Source: Eledone cirrhosa
Lineage: Eukaryota
Direction of reading: 5' to 3'
Length of the DNA: 64,000 nt
Assembly: GCA_964016885.1 (NCBI GenBank)
Contig: OZ024742.1
Coordinates: 246,264,001 to 246,328,000 of the forward strand
Shown here: piece after piece, positions 50,816-63,960 of the stretch
Layout: each line of letters begins with the position of its first letter
Numbering within the stretch: the first letter of the stretch is position 1
Made by a program: the position numbers and the translations under genes
The notes under the pieces: model-generated
The model's database searches: none
What the model saw: only the letters and a program-made list of their open reading frames with translations
Told to the model about the DNA's origin: nothing

Positions 50816-51439
50816 AAAATAAACAAACAAACAATCTGATGGAGAAATTTTCCAAGAATACGAACAGTGCAATGAAAAATGTTCTGTCAAGAATGTCACA
50901 TAAACTCAGCAAATCTAAACAAGAAGATTTGAAAGTGAGGCTGCAGTATGGTTGCAAGTTAAACTGCCAGAAAGTATCGAGATCTAATACTGATATTGAA
51001 AGTGGTGACCAGCAGAAGTTGTGTGAGAATTGTGTCCATGAAGAACAGTTAAACAAATTCAATCAATGGTTTCCAAAACTAAGTGAAGAAAACAAACAAT
51101 ACTGCATCTTTGGATTTGTTCACCGTCTTTCTAGTCACATTGACATACTAAAGCATCTCTCCAGAATAATGGCCCCAACATTTAGAAAGGACTACATGTA
51201 TACTTGCTGTAGAGTCACAACTAATTTGGAGACTGATGAACCAGTCACGGGCCTTCAGCAAACTTTGCCTAGTAATTTCAGTAACAAACTCATTGGATCT
51301 ATTTTGAAATGCTATGATGACATGTCGACACGGAGCAAGCTAAAATTTCTAGTTGCTGTCCTTCAGTCTTGTAACATACAGCTCATCTACCTTGTCTACA
51401 ACTTTATCACAAACTTAGTGCAGGCTGACCACACTCACA
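50816..51439 (+). CDS. FBXW10: Exon of an FBXW10/CDRT1-like F-box/WD40 gene (N-terminal region)
   Basis: Acceptor TTCCTTTCCTAG, donor A|GTAAGG (phase 1), ATG at 50839. 'LCENCV....NQWF.....KQYCIFGFV...IM.PTFRKDYMY' resembles the recalled FBXW10/CDRT1 N-terminus (CETC...KEWF...RRFLVGIL...GKDFIY). Confidence 0.7.
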
Positions 51440-52010
51440 GTAAGGACTCTCATTTAATTTCTTTGTTTTATGTTGCTAACCTTAGTTCATAGAATGCTTT
51501 CTGCTATTTGTTTTGGCTCTAGGCTCTGAGTTCAAATTCCACCAAGGTTGACTTTGCCTTTTATCCTTTTGCAGTCTGTAAAAAAACTACCAGTACTGGG
51601 GCCTATTCTCTTTCTCTCCATGGGAAAAATTGGTTGTGTTTAGACTTGGAAAGGGGATGGGCTCTGCCAGGTTTTTAAAATGTACAAAACTTATATGTCA
51701 TGATGGGGCACCTATGAATCCATCAGGAGTTGTGGATCCATCCATACATATATAGTCCTAGTTCATCTCTGAGCCTGTAGGCTTATAATGCAAGGTGTTC
51801 TAATCATGCCCATTCTGACATAGTGTACCATTAATCAATGTATCTCTTGGGGTCAGATTTTAACCTGGTGAGGCCCTAAGCTATATGAAATTTGAGACCC
51901 TTCTCTAAAAAGATTCAGGTAAAAAAATTTAAATAATTATACATGCTTACAATTTTTTATATTAAGCTTAATGATAAAGAATAAAGAATATATATATATA
52001 TATATATATA

Positions 52011-52796
52011 TACATGGCAGTGAGACTTGGGCATTGTGTGCAGAGGAAATATGCTGACTGGAGAGGAACAAAGCTTGCATGCTCCGTTGGATGTGTAATA
52101 GTAATATACGTGAACGGCAAAGCATAAATGAACTAAGTGAGAAATTAGGAATAAGAGGGATCAGATGTTGTTTACTTGAGAGAAGACTACGTTGGTATGG
52201 TCACGTGATGCGCATGAAAGATGACAGCTGTATAAAAAAGTGCAGGGCGATAAAAATAGACGGTAGCCACAGAGTAGGCAGACCCCAAAAAACCTGGGAC
52301 GACTTGATAAATTCCGACCTCACACACTTACACCTCTCCAAGACAATGTCACTGGACCGAGTTCTTTAGCGCTACACAGTAATACAGAAGACCTGCCTTG
52401 CCTAAGTACAAAGCGAAACCTACAGTCAGTAGGCACCTCTTAACAAAAATACATCCCCGTCCCACTTCCCCCACCCCATCCACATCACCCCTTTCGATGT
52501 AAAGTTATGTTGGTACCACAACATCCAGTCCGAAATAAATGAGGTTGTGTAGGTGTCACGACAAAAAAACACACAGTCCACGCTGTAATGTGGCTGTGTA
52601 GGTAACACAGTAAAAACCTCCCAGTCCACACTGTAAACGTGGATGGTGTTAGGAAGGGCATCCAGCTGTAGAAAACAATCAGACAGTCCTATACGAGCAA
52701 GACAACCAATCTTGCCTCAAGTGGGAAAATTCCCGTCCAAACCCATGCAAGCGTGGAAGATGGACGTTAAACGATGATGATGATGATGATGATGAT
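52011..52796 (+). mobile_element. RTE-clade LINE 3' fragment, same family as 59358-61090
   Basis: Peptide HGSETW...MLRWMCN...RRLRWYGHVMR...GRPQKTW, with a (GAT)n tail. Confidence 0.92.
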
Positions 52797-52837
52797 ATAT
52801 ATATGTATATATACATATATATGTATATATTTATATA

Positions 52838-53950
52838 TCATCATCACCATCATCATCATTTTACGCCCGCTTTTCCCTGCTTGCAAGGGTGGGACGGGTC
52901 TTATTCAGCACAGCATCTCTCCACTTGTCATGGTCCTTCGTCATCTCCACCGTGAGCTTCAGCGATCTGAGGTCTGTTCTCACCACCTCCGCCCATGTTT
53001 TTCGTGGTCTACCTCTACCACGTCTTCCTTCAACTGGCATTTCCTGGCACTTCTTCACCCATCGGTCATCACATGTCTATACCACCGCAGTCTCCTCTCT
53101 CGCACACTACATTCTATCCCTCTCAGACACAGTTTCTCTCTCAACACATCCATGCTGGGTCGTTCACGCACATTGACATTGCACATCCAAAGGAGCATGT
53201 TTGCCTCATTTCTCTCCAGCCATCCCATATCCTCTGCAGTTGCTGCCCAAGTCTCACTACCATGCAGCATCGCACTCCTCACACAGGTATCATATAACTG
53301 GCCTTTCGTACACAGGGAGAAACCCTTCTTCGTCAGCAGAGGAAGCAGCTCCCTAAACTTCTTCCAACCCGTCCTTATTCTAGATACTATGGCCTTGGAA
53401 CACCCCTCTCCCATGCTAATCTGATCTCCTAGGTACCGGAAGCTATCCAACCACCTCTATAGCAGCCGCCTGCATTTGAATAATGTGTCTATCAATGCGA
53501 CTTCTACTGTCTAATTTCCCTGTACATCTACTGAATACGTATTTCTCCCTACCTGTTAGTTTGCCTGCTACCCCACTACATCTCTTGTGTACCCAGGATC
53601 TGCATTGTGTGCATTTTATAGAATTTATGCCAGTTCCTTTTCTGCATATCGAACATGGCCATTTCCCTGACGGAATCAGAGTTTTGTCCTCTTTTCTACT
53701 CATCAACACTTTTGTCTTAGCTAGGTTCACTCTCAGTCCTCTTGCTTCCAACTGCTGTTTCCATAGACAGAATTTATTCTCTAGCTCCTCTACTGATTCT
53801 GCTATAAGAACCAGATCGTCAGCATAGAGAAGTTCCCATGGACAGTCAGTCTTAAACTCCTCTGTTATGGCTTGGAGGACTATAATGAAGAAGAGCGGGC
53901 TGAGGACCGAACCTTGATGTACTCCTACTTGTATCTGGAATTCCTCACTA
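52838..53950 (-). mobile_element. RTE-clade LINE 3' fragment (RT with a Cys/His insertion)
   Basis: Motifs VGVHQGSVLSP, LLYADDLV, CSICRKG...CTQCRSWVHKRC, FRYLGD and GRPRKTW, with a (GAT)n tail. Confidence 0.92.
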
Positions 53951-53967
53951 AATAAATATATATATAT

Positions 53968-54152
53968 AACATAGAAAGTGTGGTAAGGAACCAGGTGGAC
54001 CATAACGCACCAGAGTACTCGATACTTAGGATAGTAGAGTGGGTAATAGGAAAAGAGTCAGGACCTTGATGGCTGAGCTCTGGCCGTTTCAACAGCTTGG
54101 ATCTGGCTTGTCAAAATAGCTGGAGCTCAGCTATCAGGGCCCTGACTCTTTT

Positions 54153-54157
<5 letters not shown>
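53968..54157 (-). mobile_element. PLE-like fold-back element, copy 3
   Basis: Imperfect hairpin 54046-54157 plus the conserved tail, with (TA)n on both sides. Confidence 0.8.
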
Positions 54158-54200
<43 letters not shown>

Positions 54201-54789
54201 TATATATATATATATATATAATGAGGGATCCTAAATAAGCTATAGCTTATTTAGCTATAGTTAAGTCCACCACTTGTGTCCCTTCTTATTTAATATGTTA
54301 GGGTTTAATCTGAATGAAATTTGGATGCTATGACAGCACAAATGTTCATTCCATAGCTCCTTTTCTTTGTGTGTTAAATCTGTTCTTGGCATATTGTGAC
54401 AAAAGTTAAATCTATAACTGTTGGACCTAAATATTGGTTTCCTACTTTATATGAAGTGGAGAGTTGTAAAGGGGTGCCATCATGGAATACAGCATGTCTT
54501 TGACGCTTTAAACCTGGCAGAGTCTGTCCCCTCACAAGATCTAAACACACCCAAAGAAGTAGATAGAGAATGAGAAAGAGACATTGAGTAAGAATTGATC
54601 TCCAGTACTGAACTGGTATTTTTCTCATTGACCAAGAAAGGACAAAAGGCAAAGTTGAACTAAGATAGTGTAGAGAAACAGAACAAGTACTACAAAGGAT
54701 TTTATCTGATGGTCTAACAGTTATCTCTTATTTTTTTTAGAAGAACCTCACAAATTTATTAGAATATAAGTGCTATTAATTGAATCAAC

Positions 54790-55009
54790 TTGGTGTATAT
54801 TACTCAATATTTACTATTGTTGTATTTTTACGGTAACCACTTTATCTCATAATTATCTCACATAATATTAAATCTATGAGATTTTGATATTATTAATTTT
54901 GAAAACAATACCTTAACATAAGTATGAGTGGCCAGTTACAGTTGGTTTGAACAGAAAGAGGTGAGAGAATTCTGGCCAGATACAGCCAGTTTAAATGCTA
55001 AAGGGTTAA
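54790..55009. mobile_element. piggyBac-like MITE copy (left end decayed)
   Basis: Ends TAAATGCTAAAGGG-TTAA, and the internal sequence matches 58174-58394. Confidence 0.8.
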
Positions 55010-55434
55010 GGTATCAAAGGCAAAGTTGATCTTGGTGGTAATTGATGTAACTAAATACTGTAAATCTGTTTTTCTGTCATTCTATTGTGACTTCATTACC
55101 ATGTTTGCAATGTCTTACTCAAACCATTATAGAGTGGCAGTCATAATAACGTGGACAGACTGTTTTCTTTACAATCATATGGAAACAGTATATTCTACAC
55201 AACTTTGTAGAGAAATTATTCCACACTAGTATAAAAACAGTCTACTTGGAGACACAAGTATCTTGACAGTGGGGAGCTTGTATATAGTCATTCAACCTTC
55301 TAGAAATAATAGTTAAATCTTCCTCAGCTCCCATGATTCTATATTATGAAATAGGAAAAATCACATTGGATAATGTAATCCTTGCTACTCATAAAAAAAA
55401 TAAGATGGTTATGCCTGGAATGCCTATGATTATA

Positions 55435-55533
55435 CAGGGTGTGTGAAAAGAAACACCCTATTTTCACACACATACTACACATATATTTGTGTGTGTGTGT
55501 GTGTAAATAGGGCGTTTCTTTTCACACACCCTG
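55435..55533. mobile_element. Tiny Tc1/mariner-like MITE
   Basis: TA|CAGGGTGTGTGAAAAGAAACACCCTATTT ... AAATAGGGCGTTTCTTTTCACACACCCTG|TA. Confidence 0.88.
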
Positions 55534-55684
55534 TAGATCTGTACAATTTAGAATGACATTTACTAAACAACAACTGTATTTTACACATATATGTAAACAG
55601 TATGTTCCACCCATACATATGCAAACATGTGCATCTTCTCTCCATATCTTTATTCCTTATCTCTCTACATTGCTTTCATTACAG

Positions 55685-55974
55685 AGCTTGCCCTCAGTGA
55701 CACCAACCAAAATATCCCGGGGTCCAATGAGAACACAACTGAATGGTCTAATATTTTGGAAAGCTGCTCAAAGAGAGGGATAATCCTGCATCAATTTAAA
55801 GATATAATACATCATCTGCCTGCACCTTTAGCCAAGTATATCCTCAATATGTTAGATGAAGTCAGCTTACGTAATGCTCAAAAGGTCAGTCGAAAATGGT
55901 ACAGACTTGTAAAGCAGTTAATGAAGGAAATTATTCTGAGTCAACAAGTCATTGAAGAGGCTATACTTCTGCAG
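55685..55974 (+). CDS. FBXW10: F-box-encoding exon of the FBXW10/CDRT1-like gene
   Basis: Acceptor TTTCATTACAG (phase 1, compatible with the upstream exon) and donor CAG|GT. F-box 'DIIHHLPAPLAKYILNMLDEVSLRNAQKVSRKW'. No WD40 exons were seen in the window. Confidence 0.78.
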
Positions 55975-56029
55975 GTTACATCTATGTTACATATTATCCT
56001 CTGGAATGTGTCACGTCTGTGTCTTGTAG

Positions 56030-56500
56030 TCTATTACATATTGTCTTCTGTGTGTTACATATTGTCTGGTGTGTGTTACATATTGTCTGGTGGGTGTTAT
56101 ATTGTCTGGTGGGTGTTATATTGTCTGGTGGGTGTTATATTGTCTGGTGGGTGTTATATTGTCTGGTGTGTGTTACATATTGTCTGGTGGGTGTTACATA
56201 TTGTCTGGTGGGTGTTATATTGTCTGGTGTGTGTTACATATTGTCTGGTGGGTGTTACATATTGTCTGGTGTGTGTTACATATTGTCTGGTGGGTGTTAT
56301 ATTGTCTGGTGTGTGTTACATATTGTCTGGTGGGTGTTATATTGTCTGGTGTGTGTTACATATTGTCTGGTGTGTGTTACATATTGTCTGGTGTGTGTTA
56401 CATATTGTTTGGTGTGTTACATATTGTCTGGTGTGTGTGTTACATATTGTTTGGTGTGTGCCTTATATATCGTCTGATGTGTGTTACATATTGTCTTTCT
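56030..56500. repeat. Minisatellite of mixed 19- and 21-bp units
   Basis: GTGTTA(CA)TATTGTCTGGTG(T/G) repeated about 20 times. A decayed relative lies at about 57580-57850. Confidence 0.95.
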
Positions 56501-56754
56501 TGCATCAGGTTTATGTCATCTGTTTTCTTGTGGGGTGTGTCAGCTCTGTGTCACATATTGCTTTCTAATACAGGATGTGGGGTGGGATTCATCAATTTGT
56601 ATATCATTTCATCAATTATCCTTCTATATTGGTGTTTTCCATCTGGCATGGGTTAGACATGTATCACAGCATGTGACCACCCATCTTGGTCTTTTGTCAT
56701 CTGGCGCATATATCAGTGAAAAAGACAGCTAACTTTGTTGTGTATCATTATTTT

Positions 56755-57365
56755 TTGCAGCCTAGAGTTACGCCCTTTTACGGTCTGAGTTCAAATCCCA
56801 CCAAGGTTAACTTTACCTTTTATCCTTACGGGGTCGATAAAATAAAGTACCAGTAATGCACTGGGATAATTGCTGGCCTTGTGCTAAAAGTAGAAGCAAT
56901 TATTTTAGGCATGGTTAGGGTAGTGGATTGGCAGTATCGGTAGAGAAGTGGACATCATGCTTTGTGGCATAGAGTTATGGCCTTTTATGTTCTGTGTTCA
57001 AATCCTGAGAAGGTTAGCTTTGCCTTTCATCTTTACGAGGTCGATAAAATAAAGTACCAGTAATGCACTGGGGTCAATTTAATCAACTTTCCCCTCCCTC
57101 AAAATTGTTGGCCCTGTGCCTAAATCAGAAACCATTATTTTAGATACAGCTGTAATTAGCAGCATCAGAGGAGCTTTCGACAACATGCTTTACAGCATAT
57201 GGTTACGTCCCTTTATGTTCTGAGTTCAAATCCTGCTAAGGTTAGATTTGCTTTTCATCCTTATGGGGTTGATAAAAAAAGTACCAGTAATGCACTGAGA
57301 TTGAATTAATCGACTTCCCCTCCCACAAAAATTGTTCATCTTATGTCTAAATCATAACCGTTGTT
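56755..57365 (+). mobile_element. Three tandem family A SINEs
   Basis: Three successive GTTCAAATCC...GATAAAA..AAGTACCAGTAATGCACTG units. Confidence 0.9.
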
Positions 57366-58173
57366 TTAGAAATGGCTCTGACATTTGGATTTCCTTCTCA
57401 TCCCCATTTAATGTGTGACATTAGTGATGTCCATGACATTTTAAAAAGTCCCCTCTTCCCTACATTATCTGCATTTGTTCCATGTGCATTACATATCCAT
57501 ACCAATGCAGTCTCCTGTCCTGCACACTATTTGTTACAGATTGGTTTCTGGGGAAACCTCGAACAGTGTACTAAGCACTAAGTTGTATGTGTTACATAAC
57601 AGATTCTGAAAATCTTATCTATGTCACATATTGGCTACTGTTTTATATAAGGTGTGCCTTTTGTGCCTTATATGTTCTGTGTAACAAAGATGGTAATTCT
57701 CTGTTACATAGGTTTATTCTGTGTTACACAGGTATGTATGTATTCTGTGTTATATAGATGTATATTCTGCATTATACATGTGCGTATTTTCTGTTACATA
57801 GATGTGTGTTCCATGTTACATAAATATGTGTATCTATGTTACATAGATATCATCATCATCTCTGATAGCAAGGGTTGGATAGGTCTACATAGACCAAGTC
57901 AGTACTGAAGCAGGGCTACTGACCTCCCAGACAGGTTGGGGGTCTGTTATCTCACTTATGTATGGTCTCACATTTTACTGAGTTCACAGGAGAGGTTATA
58001 ATGTCCTTGACATGACTGAGGGTCCCCTAACTCTTTGTTTGGCAAGTTTTCTACAGTTAGAAGCCATTCCTATCACCAACTATTTTACAGTGTGAACTGG
58101 GTGTGTTTATCATGAGGTTGTCATATCATGGCACCAGTGAAGGGGCCTCTGTCCCCCCCCCCCTCTTTTTTAA

Positions 58174-58394
58174 CCCTTTAATATTTAAACCGGCTGTATC
58201 TGGCCAGAATTCTCGCAACTCTTTCTGTTCAAACCGGCTGTAACCAGCCTCTCATACTTATGTTAACGTATTGTTCTCAAAATAAATAATACCAAAATCT
58301 CATGGATTCGATATTATGTGGGATAATTATGTTAGATAAAGCTTTTACCACGTTAATACAGTAGTAAATATAGAGTAATGTAAATGCTAAAGGG
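58174..58394. mobile_element. Intact piggyBac-like MITE (221 bp)
   Basis: TTAA|CCCTTTA...TAAAGGG|TTAA. Confidence 0.9.
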
Positions 58395-59020
58395 TTAAGA
58401 GAGGAGAAGATAGATATATTCAACTGATAGATATATTCAACTGATAGATATATTCAACTTAATTGTCTGTTACAAAAATCTATTAGTCCATGTATTCTTT
58501 GCACTATATTAGAAACAGTCTTTGTTATAGTTAGTTACACTCAAGTATAGCAACAACTATACTTATGCTTAAAACAATTATAGTTATATATAACTGTTAC
58601 AGTTACTCATAGTTACAGTAGGACATAGCAACAGTTACTTAGATGTCTAAAGTAAGTTTTTACTTTCCATCCTGTCTTTAGCACCTCTTAATTAGAAGCA
58701 GATGTATGGAAGATGATTGGGAGACAGAAAAAATAAAAATACAAAGACAGAGAGAGAAAAAAGTAAGAGAGAGAAAAAGTAAGATAAAGAGAGAGAGAAA
58801 GAAAACAGTGAAGAACAAGTAAAAAGAGAGATAGTGAAAAAAGAAAGAATAGACAGAAAAAATAGAAGATATAAGAGGAAAAAGAAAAAGGTTAACCCTT
58901 TTATTACCATATTTCTAATGAAAGACATTGCTTATGTGTTCCGTTTAATTTTGAAAATAACCAAAAATTTTTGAGGAATTTAACATAATAAAATTTTTCA
59001 GTAAGCAGTTATTTAGAAGA

Positions 59021-59345
59021 TTCTTCTTCTTCTTCTTCTTCTTCTTCTTCTTCTTCTTCTTCTTCTTCTTCTTCTTCTTCTTCTTCTTCTTCTTCTTCTT
59101 CTTCTTCTTCTTCTCCTCCTCCTCCTCCTCCTCCCCCACTTATTCCTGGGAAGTTTGTTGGGTAGAGTCCACTAACACTTCATCCAGCAGATTCTGTCAG
59201 AAGCCACTGTCTCCAATTGGGCTGGCTGAATCTCTAAGCGATACCGTGAGCTCATTGATTTTATCCAGCCATCTTGCTCGGGATCTACCCCCTGTGTCTC
59301 CTGCCAGTTGGTTGCGCCTGGAAAATTTGTCCAGCAATTCTTGAG
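59021..59345 (-). mobile_element. RTE 3' end with a long (GAA)n tail
   Basis: Peptide 'GRSRARWLDKINEL'. CAGGAATAAGTGG before the tail also occurs at about 63200 (+). Confidence 0.7.
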
Positions 59346-59357
59346 ACATTCTAACCG

Positions 59358-61090
59358 CCAGAGAGCGAATTGATCTAGATGAAATGCAGTTTGGGTTTGT
59401 GTCAGGTAAAAGTACCACAGACACTCTTTTCCTTGTACGACAACTACAAGAGAAGTACCTAACTAAAAGTAAACCCCTCTACTTAGCTTTTGTAGACCTG
59501 GAGAAAGCTTTTGACAGAGTCCCCCGCTCCATTATCTGGTGGGCTCTTAGAAAACTAGGTGTAGATGAATGGCTTGTGAGAGCTATACAAGCTATGTATA
59601 ATGAAACAGTCAGTAAGGTTAGAATTAACAATGAATATTGTGAAGAATTTAGTGTAAAAGTCGGTATTCATCAAGGCTCTGTCCTTAGCCCCCTCTTATT
59701 TATTATTGCCCTTCAGGCTATAACAGAGGAGTTCAAGACCGGCTGCCCCATGGGAACTCCTATACGCAGATGATCTAACGCTCATCAATGGCTGAACTAG
59801 AGAAGAAATTCGAAACATGGAAGCATGGCCTAGAATCAAAAGGCCTTAAAGTTAACTTGTCTAAGACTAAAGTTCCAGTTTGTAGAAAGGAAAATAGAGC
59901 ACAGGTGCCCTCTGGGAAATGGCCATGCTCAGTGTATAGGAAAGGAGTAGGCAGACATTCCATTTTATGTCCCAAATGCAAAAATATGGGTACATAAAAG
60001 ATGTAGTGGGATCACAGGTAAACTATCTAAGAACGTAGTCTTTATATGTGGCCAATGCTCAGGTGCAATAAGTAGCAAGTGTCCAAAGGATACTAGCCCC
60101 TTCTATTGCCCAGATGGTTCTATAGAAATAGTAGACACTTTCCGTTACTTGGGTGACGAAATCAGCAGTGGTGGAGGGTGTTCTGAAAGTACAGTAGCCA
60201 GAGTCAGAATGGGATGGAAAAAGCTCAGAGAGCTTATACCGCTGTTGGCCACAAAAGGTTTCTCTCTAAAAATGAAAGGCAGATTGTATGATGCCTGTAT
60301 ACGAACGGCAATGCTACATGGCAGTGAAACATGGGCATTACATGCAGAGGACCTGCGTAGACTGGAAAGGAACGAAGCATGCATGCTCTGTTGGATGTGT
60401 AATAGTAATATACGTGAACGGCAAAGCATAAATGAACTAAGTGAGAAATTAGGAATAAGAGGGATCAGATGCTGTTTACTTGAGAGAAAACTACGTTGGT
60501 ATGGTCACGTGATGCGCATGAAAGACGACAGCTGCATAAAAAAGTGCAGGGCGATCAAAATTGATGGTAGTTACGGAGTAGGTAGACCCAGAAAAACCTG
60601 GGATGATCTGATAAATTCCGACCTCACACATTTGCACCTCTCTATGACAATGTCACTGGACCGATATCTTTGGCGCTACGCAGTAATACGAAGACCCGCC
60701 TTGCCTATGTACAAAGCGAAACCTACAATCAGTAGGCACCTCTTAACCAAATATACACCCCAATCCACTACCCCTACCCTATCCTCCCACTCCCACCAAC
60801 AGCACGAGAAAATGAGATCGAGATCGTGTAGGTGTCACGACAAAAAAAACACACACAGTCCACGCTGTAATGTGGTCGTGTAGGTGACACGGCAAAAAGT
60901 TCCCAGTTCCACACTGTAAATGTGGTTGGTGTTAGGAAGGGCATCCAGCCGTAGAAAACCTGCCAGATAGTCCTATATGAGCGAGACACGGTCACTCGAC
61001 CAGCCTTGCCTCAAGTGGGACAACTCCCGTCTAACCCATGCTAGCATGGAAAATGGACGTTAAACGAAGATGATGATGATGATGATGATG
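59358..61090 (+). mobile_element. 5'-truncated RTE-clade LINE
   Basis: Motifs MQFGF...AFVDLEKAFDRVPR, GIHQGSVLSP, YADD, a Cys/His insertion and LRWYGHVMR, then the 3' UTR and a (GAT)n tail. Confidence 0.94.
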
Positions 61091-61194
61091 CTCGAAGTAT
61101 CGAAGAAGTAGTGGGCTCTACCTAGAGCAACTCTGTATTAGTTAACAAAATTTCTAAAACAAAATTCCGATGCAAGCGTTTAATATAAGTATAA

Positions 61195-61411
61195 CCCTTA
61201 AGCATTTACATTACTCTATATTCACTATTGTATTTTTGTGGTAAAAGCTTTATCTCACATAATTATCTCACATAATGTCAAATCTATGAGATTTTGATGT
61301 TTATTTTGAGACGATACCATAACACCAGTATGAGTGGTCAGTTATGACCGGTTTGAATAGAGAGAGGGGAGAGAATTCTGGCTGGATACGGCTGGTTTAA
61401 ATGCTAAAGGG
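61195..61411. mobile_element. piggyBac-like MITE copy
   Basis: CCCTTAAGCATTTA...TAAATGCTAAAGGG. Confidence 0.85.
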
Positions 61412-61771
61412 ATAAACGTTTCAACCTGAGTAGTGGAGTATGATAAATCCCGGGCAGTTTCAGGTGGTTTGGTATCAAAAGAGTTAAAGAAGAAAAGAGC
61501 AATTATATAGAGAAAAAAGAATGAGAAGTAGGAAGAAAAATGAAGAGTGATAATATTTTTTACAGTTTAATCAGAGAAAGAAGAGCAGTGCCCATAACCC
61601 TTTATTAGTGGTGGTGGCAGTGGTGAGGTCTGGTGGGATGCCATTGGGTGGATAGAAGGAAATTATCCTTATATAGTGAATGTATCCAACAATGTGAAAT
61701 CTGTTTAAAACTACCGTGGACTAGTGGGTAGTCCAAGATCAAGCTATGTTATGCGTGTGTGAGTCACTTGT

Positions 61772-61819
<48 letters not shown>

Positions 61820-62077
61820 TCACTTGTGTTATGTGTATATGTATGTGTTAAGAAAAACAAGAGAAGGATGAGTAAAATAAATACAGAGTAAGAGAGGGAG
61901 TGGTGGCGGGGGGCAGTGGAGACGGGGGGGGGGGGTATATGTAGGAAAAATAAAACAGATATATGCGAAGAGGTTGTAGAGTAGGGTTGAATGTAATTGA
62001 AGACTTAATATATAGTGGTGTGGTATATGAATGTGTCTTGACATGTTAATGTAGGGATGATTTATAGATCCATATGA

Positions 62078-62182
62078 AATATATATATATACACACATAT
62101 ATATGTGTATGTATATATATATATATACATATATGTGTATGTATATATGTGTACATATATGTGTACATATATGTGTATGTGT

Positions 62183-62217
<35 letters not shown>

Positions 62218-62243
62218 TATATATGCATATATACATATATATA

Positions 62244-62284
<41 letters not shown>

Positions 62285-62317
62285 ATATACATATATATAT
62301 GTGTATGTATAAATATA

Positions 62318-62352
<35 letters not shown>

Positions 62353-62355
62353 GTG

Positions 62356-62400
<45 letters not shown>

Positions 62401-62411
62401 GTATATATGCA

Positions 62412-62444
<33 letters not shown>

Positions 62445-62447
62445 GTG

Positions 62448-62505
<58 letters not shown>

Positions 62506-62533
62506 CATCATCGGTTAACGGCTATCTTCCATA

Positions 62534-62605
<72 letters not shown>
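62078..62605. repeat. Long degenerate (TA)n/(TATG)n microsatellite
   Basis: Direct reading. Similar tracts lie at 30340-30470, 45255-45405, 46015-46230 and 46740-47490. Confidence 0.97.
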
Positions 62606-62608
<3 letters not shown>

Positions 62609-63569
62609 TCTTTAACTTCACTTTTTAATTTGATATGTATATATATGTACTAGAGTGTTACCTGGCATATGACAGGTTAATTCCAGAAGTATACAGTTTG
62701 TCACTGTAGGTAACAGGAGGTAAATACATAAAAGTGTATAAATAATCATCATCGTTATTTTGTTTTACAGACAGATGCCCTTCCTGTCAAGGAAAAAAAA
62801 AACAGAGTCCATCCTGTAAGATGATCATGTAGGTGACACGAGGGACAAGTATCCAGTCCACTCTGTAGGGTGGTCATGCTGGTGAAACAAGAAAGAAAAT
62901 ACTATCCTCTCTGTAAGGTGGTTGTGCTGGTGACACGAGAAAAAAGCTCCCAGTCCACCCTGCAAGGTGATCGTGTTGATGAAACAAGAAAAAAAGCACA
63001 CAGTCCACCCTGTAAGGTGGTCATGTTGGCAAAAACCAACCAGCAAGAGACGCACGTGTAGACCCCAAGCAAGATGGTTGGATAACATCCATGAGCTTGG
63101 ATGGTCACACTTGGGGATCCAGCCGGATCAGTTATAGATGGTCGCTTCTGACAGGACCCGCTGGAAGGAGTGTTTGAGGACTCTGCCCCCATGACCCTCT
63201 CAGGAATAAGTGGATGAAGAAGAAGGAGGAAGAGAGGGATTATAATAATAATGATGATGATGATGATGATGATGATTATAATTCACAACAACTGTATTAA
63301 ACTAAAATGATTCATTATATTGCTTACCCTCAAACACTACTAATATAGTATTAAATAAAGCAGTGAGTTGAAATAAAGGAAAGAAAAATATTTGAGAAAA
63401 GGAATATATACTTTCATATATGTTTATTCCATTCATCAACAAAGAAAGAATAAAAAGAAAATGTAATTTTGTACAATGTTATCAGCATTCACTGTTGTCC
63501 CAACAGATGACAATTACTTGTGTTTGTTTGTGTGTGCATATGTGTGTATTCATATGTGCAGGTGTGTGT

Positions 63570-63960
63570 GTAAAATGGTCATGTTGGTGTCAAAACAAAA
63601 AGCACCCAGCCCACACTGTAAGGCGGTCGTGTAGGTGTCATAGCAAAAAGCTTCCAGTCCACGCTGTAAGGCAGTCGTGTAGGTGTCATAGCAAAAAGCT
63701 TCCAGTCCACGCTGTAAGGCAGTCGTGTAGGTGTCATAGCAAAAAGTACCCAGTTAACACTGTAAAGTGGTCATGTATGGCAAAAAGCTCCCAGCCTACA
63801 CTGTAAAGTGGTCGTGTAGGTGTCATTCCAAAAAGAACCCAGTCCACACTGTAAAGTGGTCGTGTAGGCATCATGACAAAAAGCACCCAGTACTCACTGT
63901 AAATGAAGTTGGCGCTAGGAAGGGCATCCAGCTGTAGAAACCAAGCCAAAATCGGTTCTG
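63570..63960 (+). repeat. ~44-bp minisatellite ending in an RTE/SINE 3' motif
   Basis: CCAGTCCAC(A/G)CTGTAA(A/G)G(T/C)(G/A)GTCGTGTAGGTGTCATAGCAAAAAG repeated about 7 times, then AGGAAGGGCATCCAGCTGTAGAAACC. A decayed array lies at 62790-63030. Confidence 0.9.

Noticed and set aside
55627-56568. 313-aa ORF as a complete protein
   Set aside because: Only 55685-55974 is bounded by splice sites and F-box-like. The rest is intron and minisatellite.
61829-62607. Many ORFs of YI/CV/TH/RE repeats here and throughout the window
   Set aside because: They are translations of dinucleotide microsatellites, not genes.
63570-63900. Regular repeats resembling a CRISPR array
   Set aside because: They are contiguous tandem units without unique spacers, there are no cas genes, and the context is eukaryotic.
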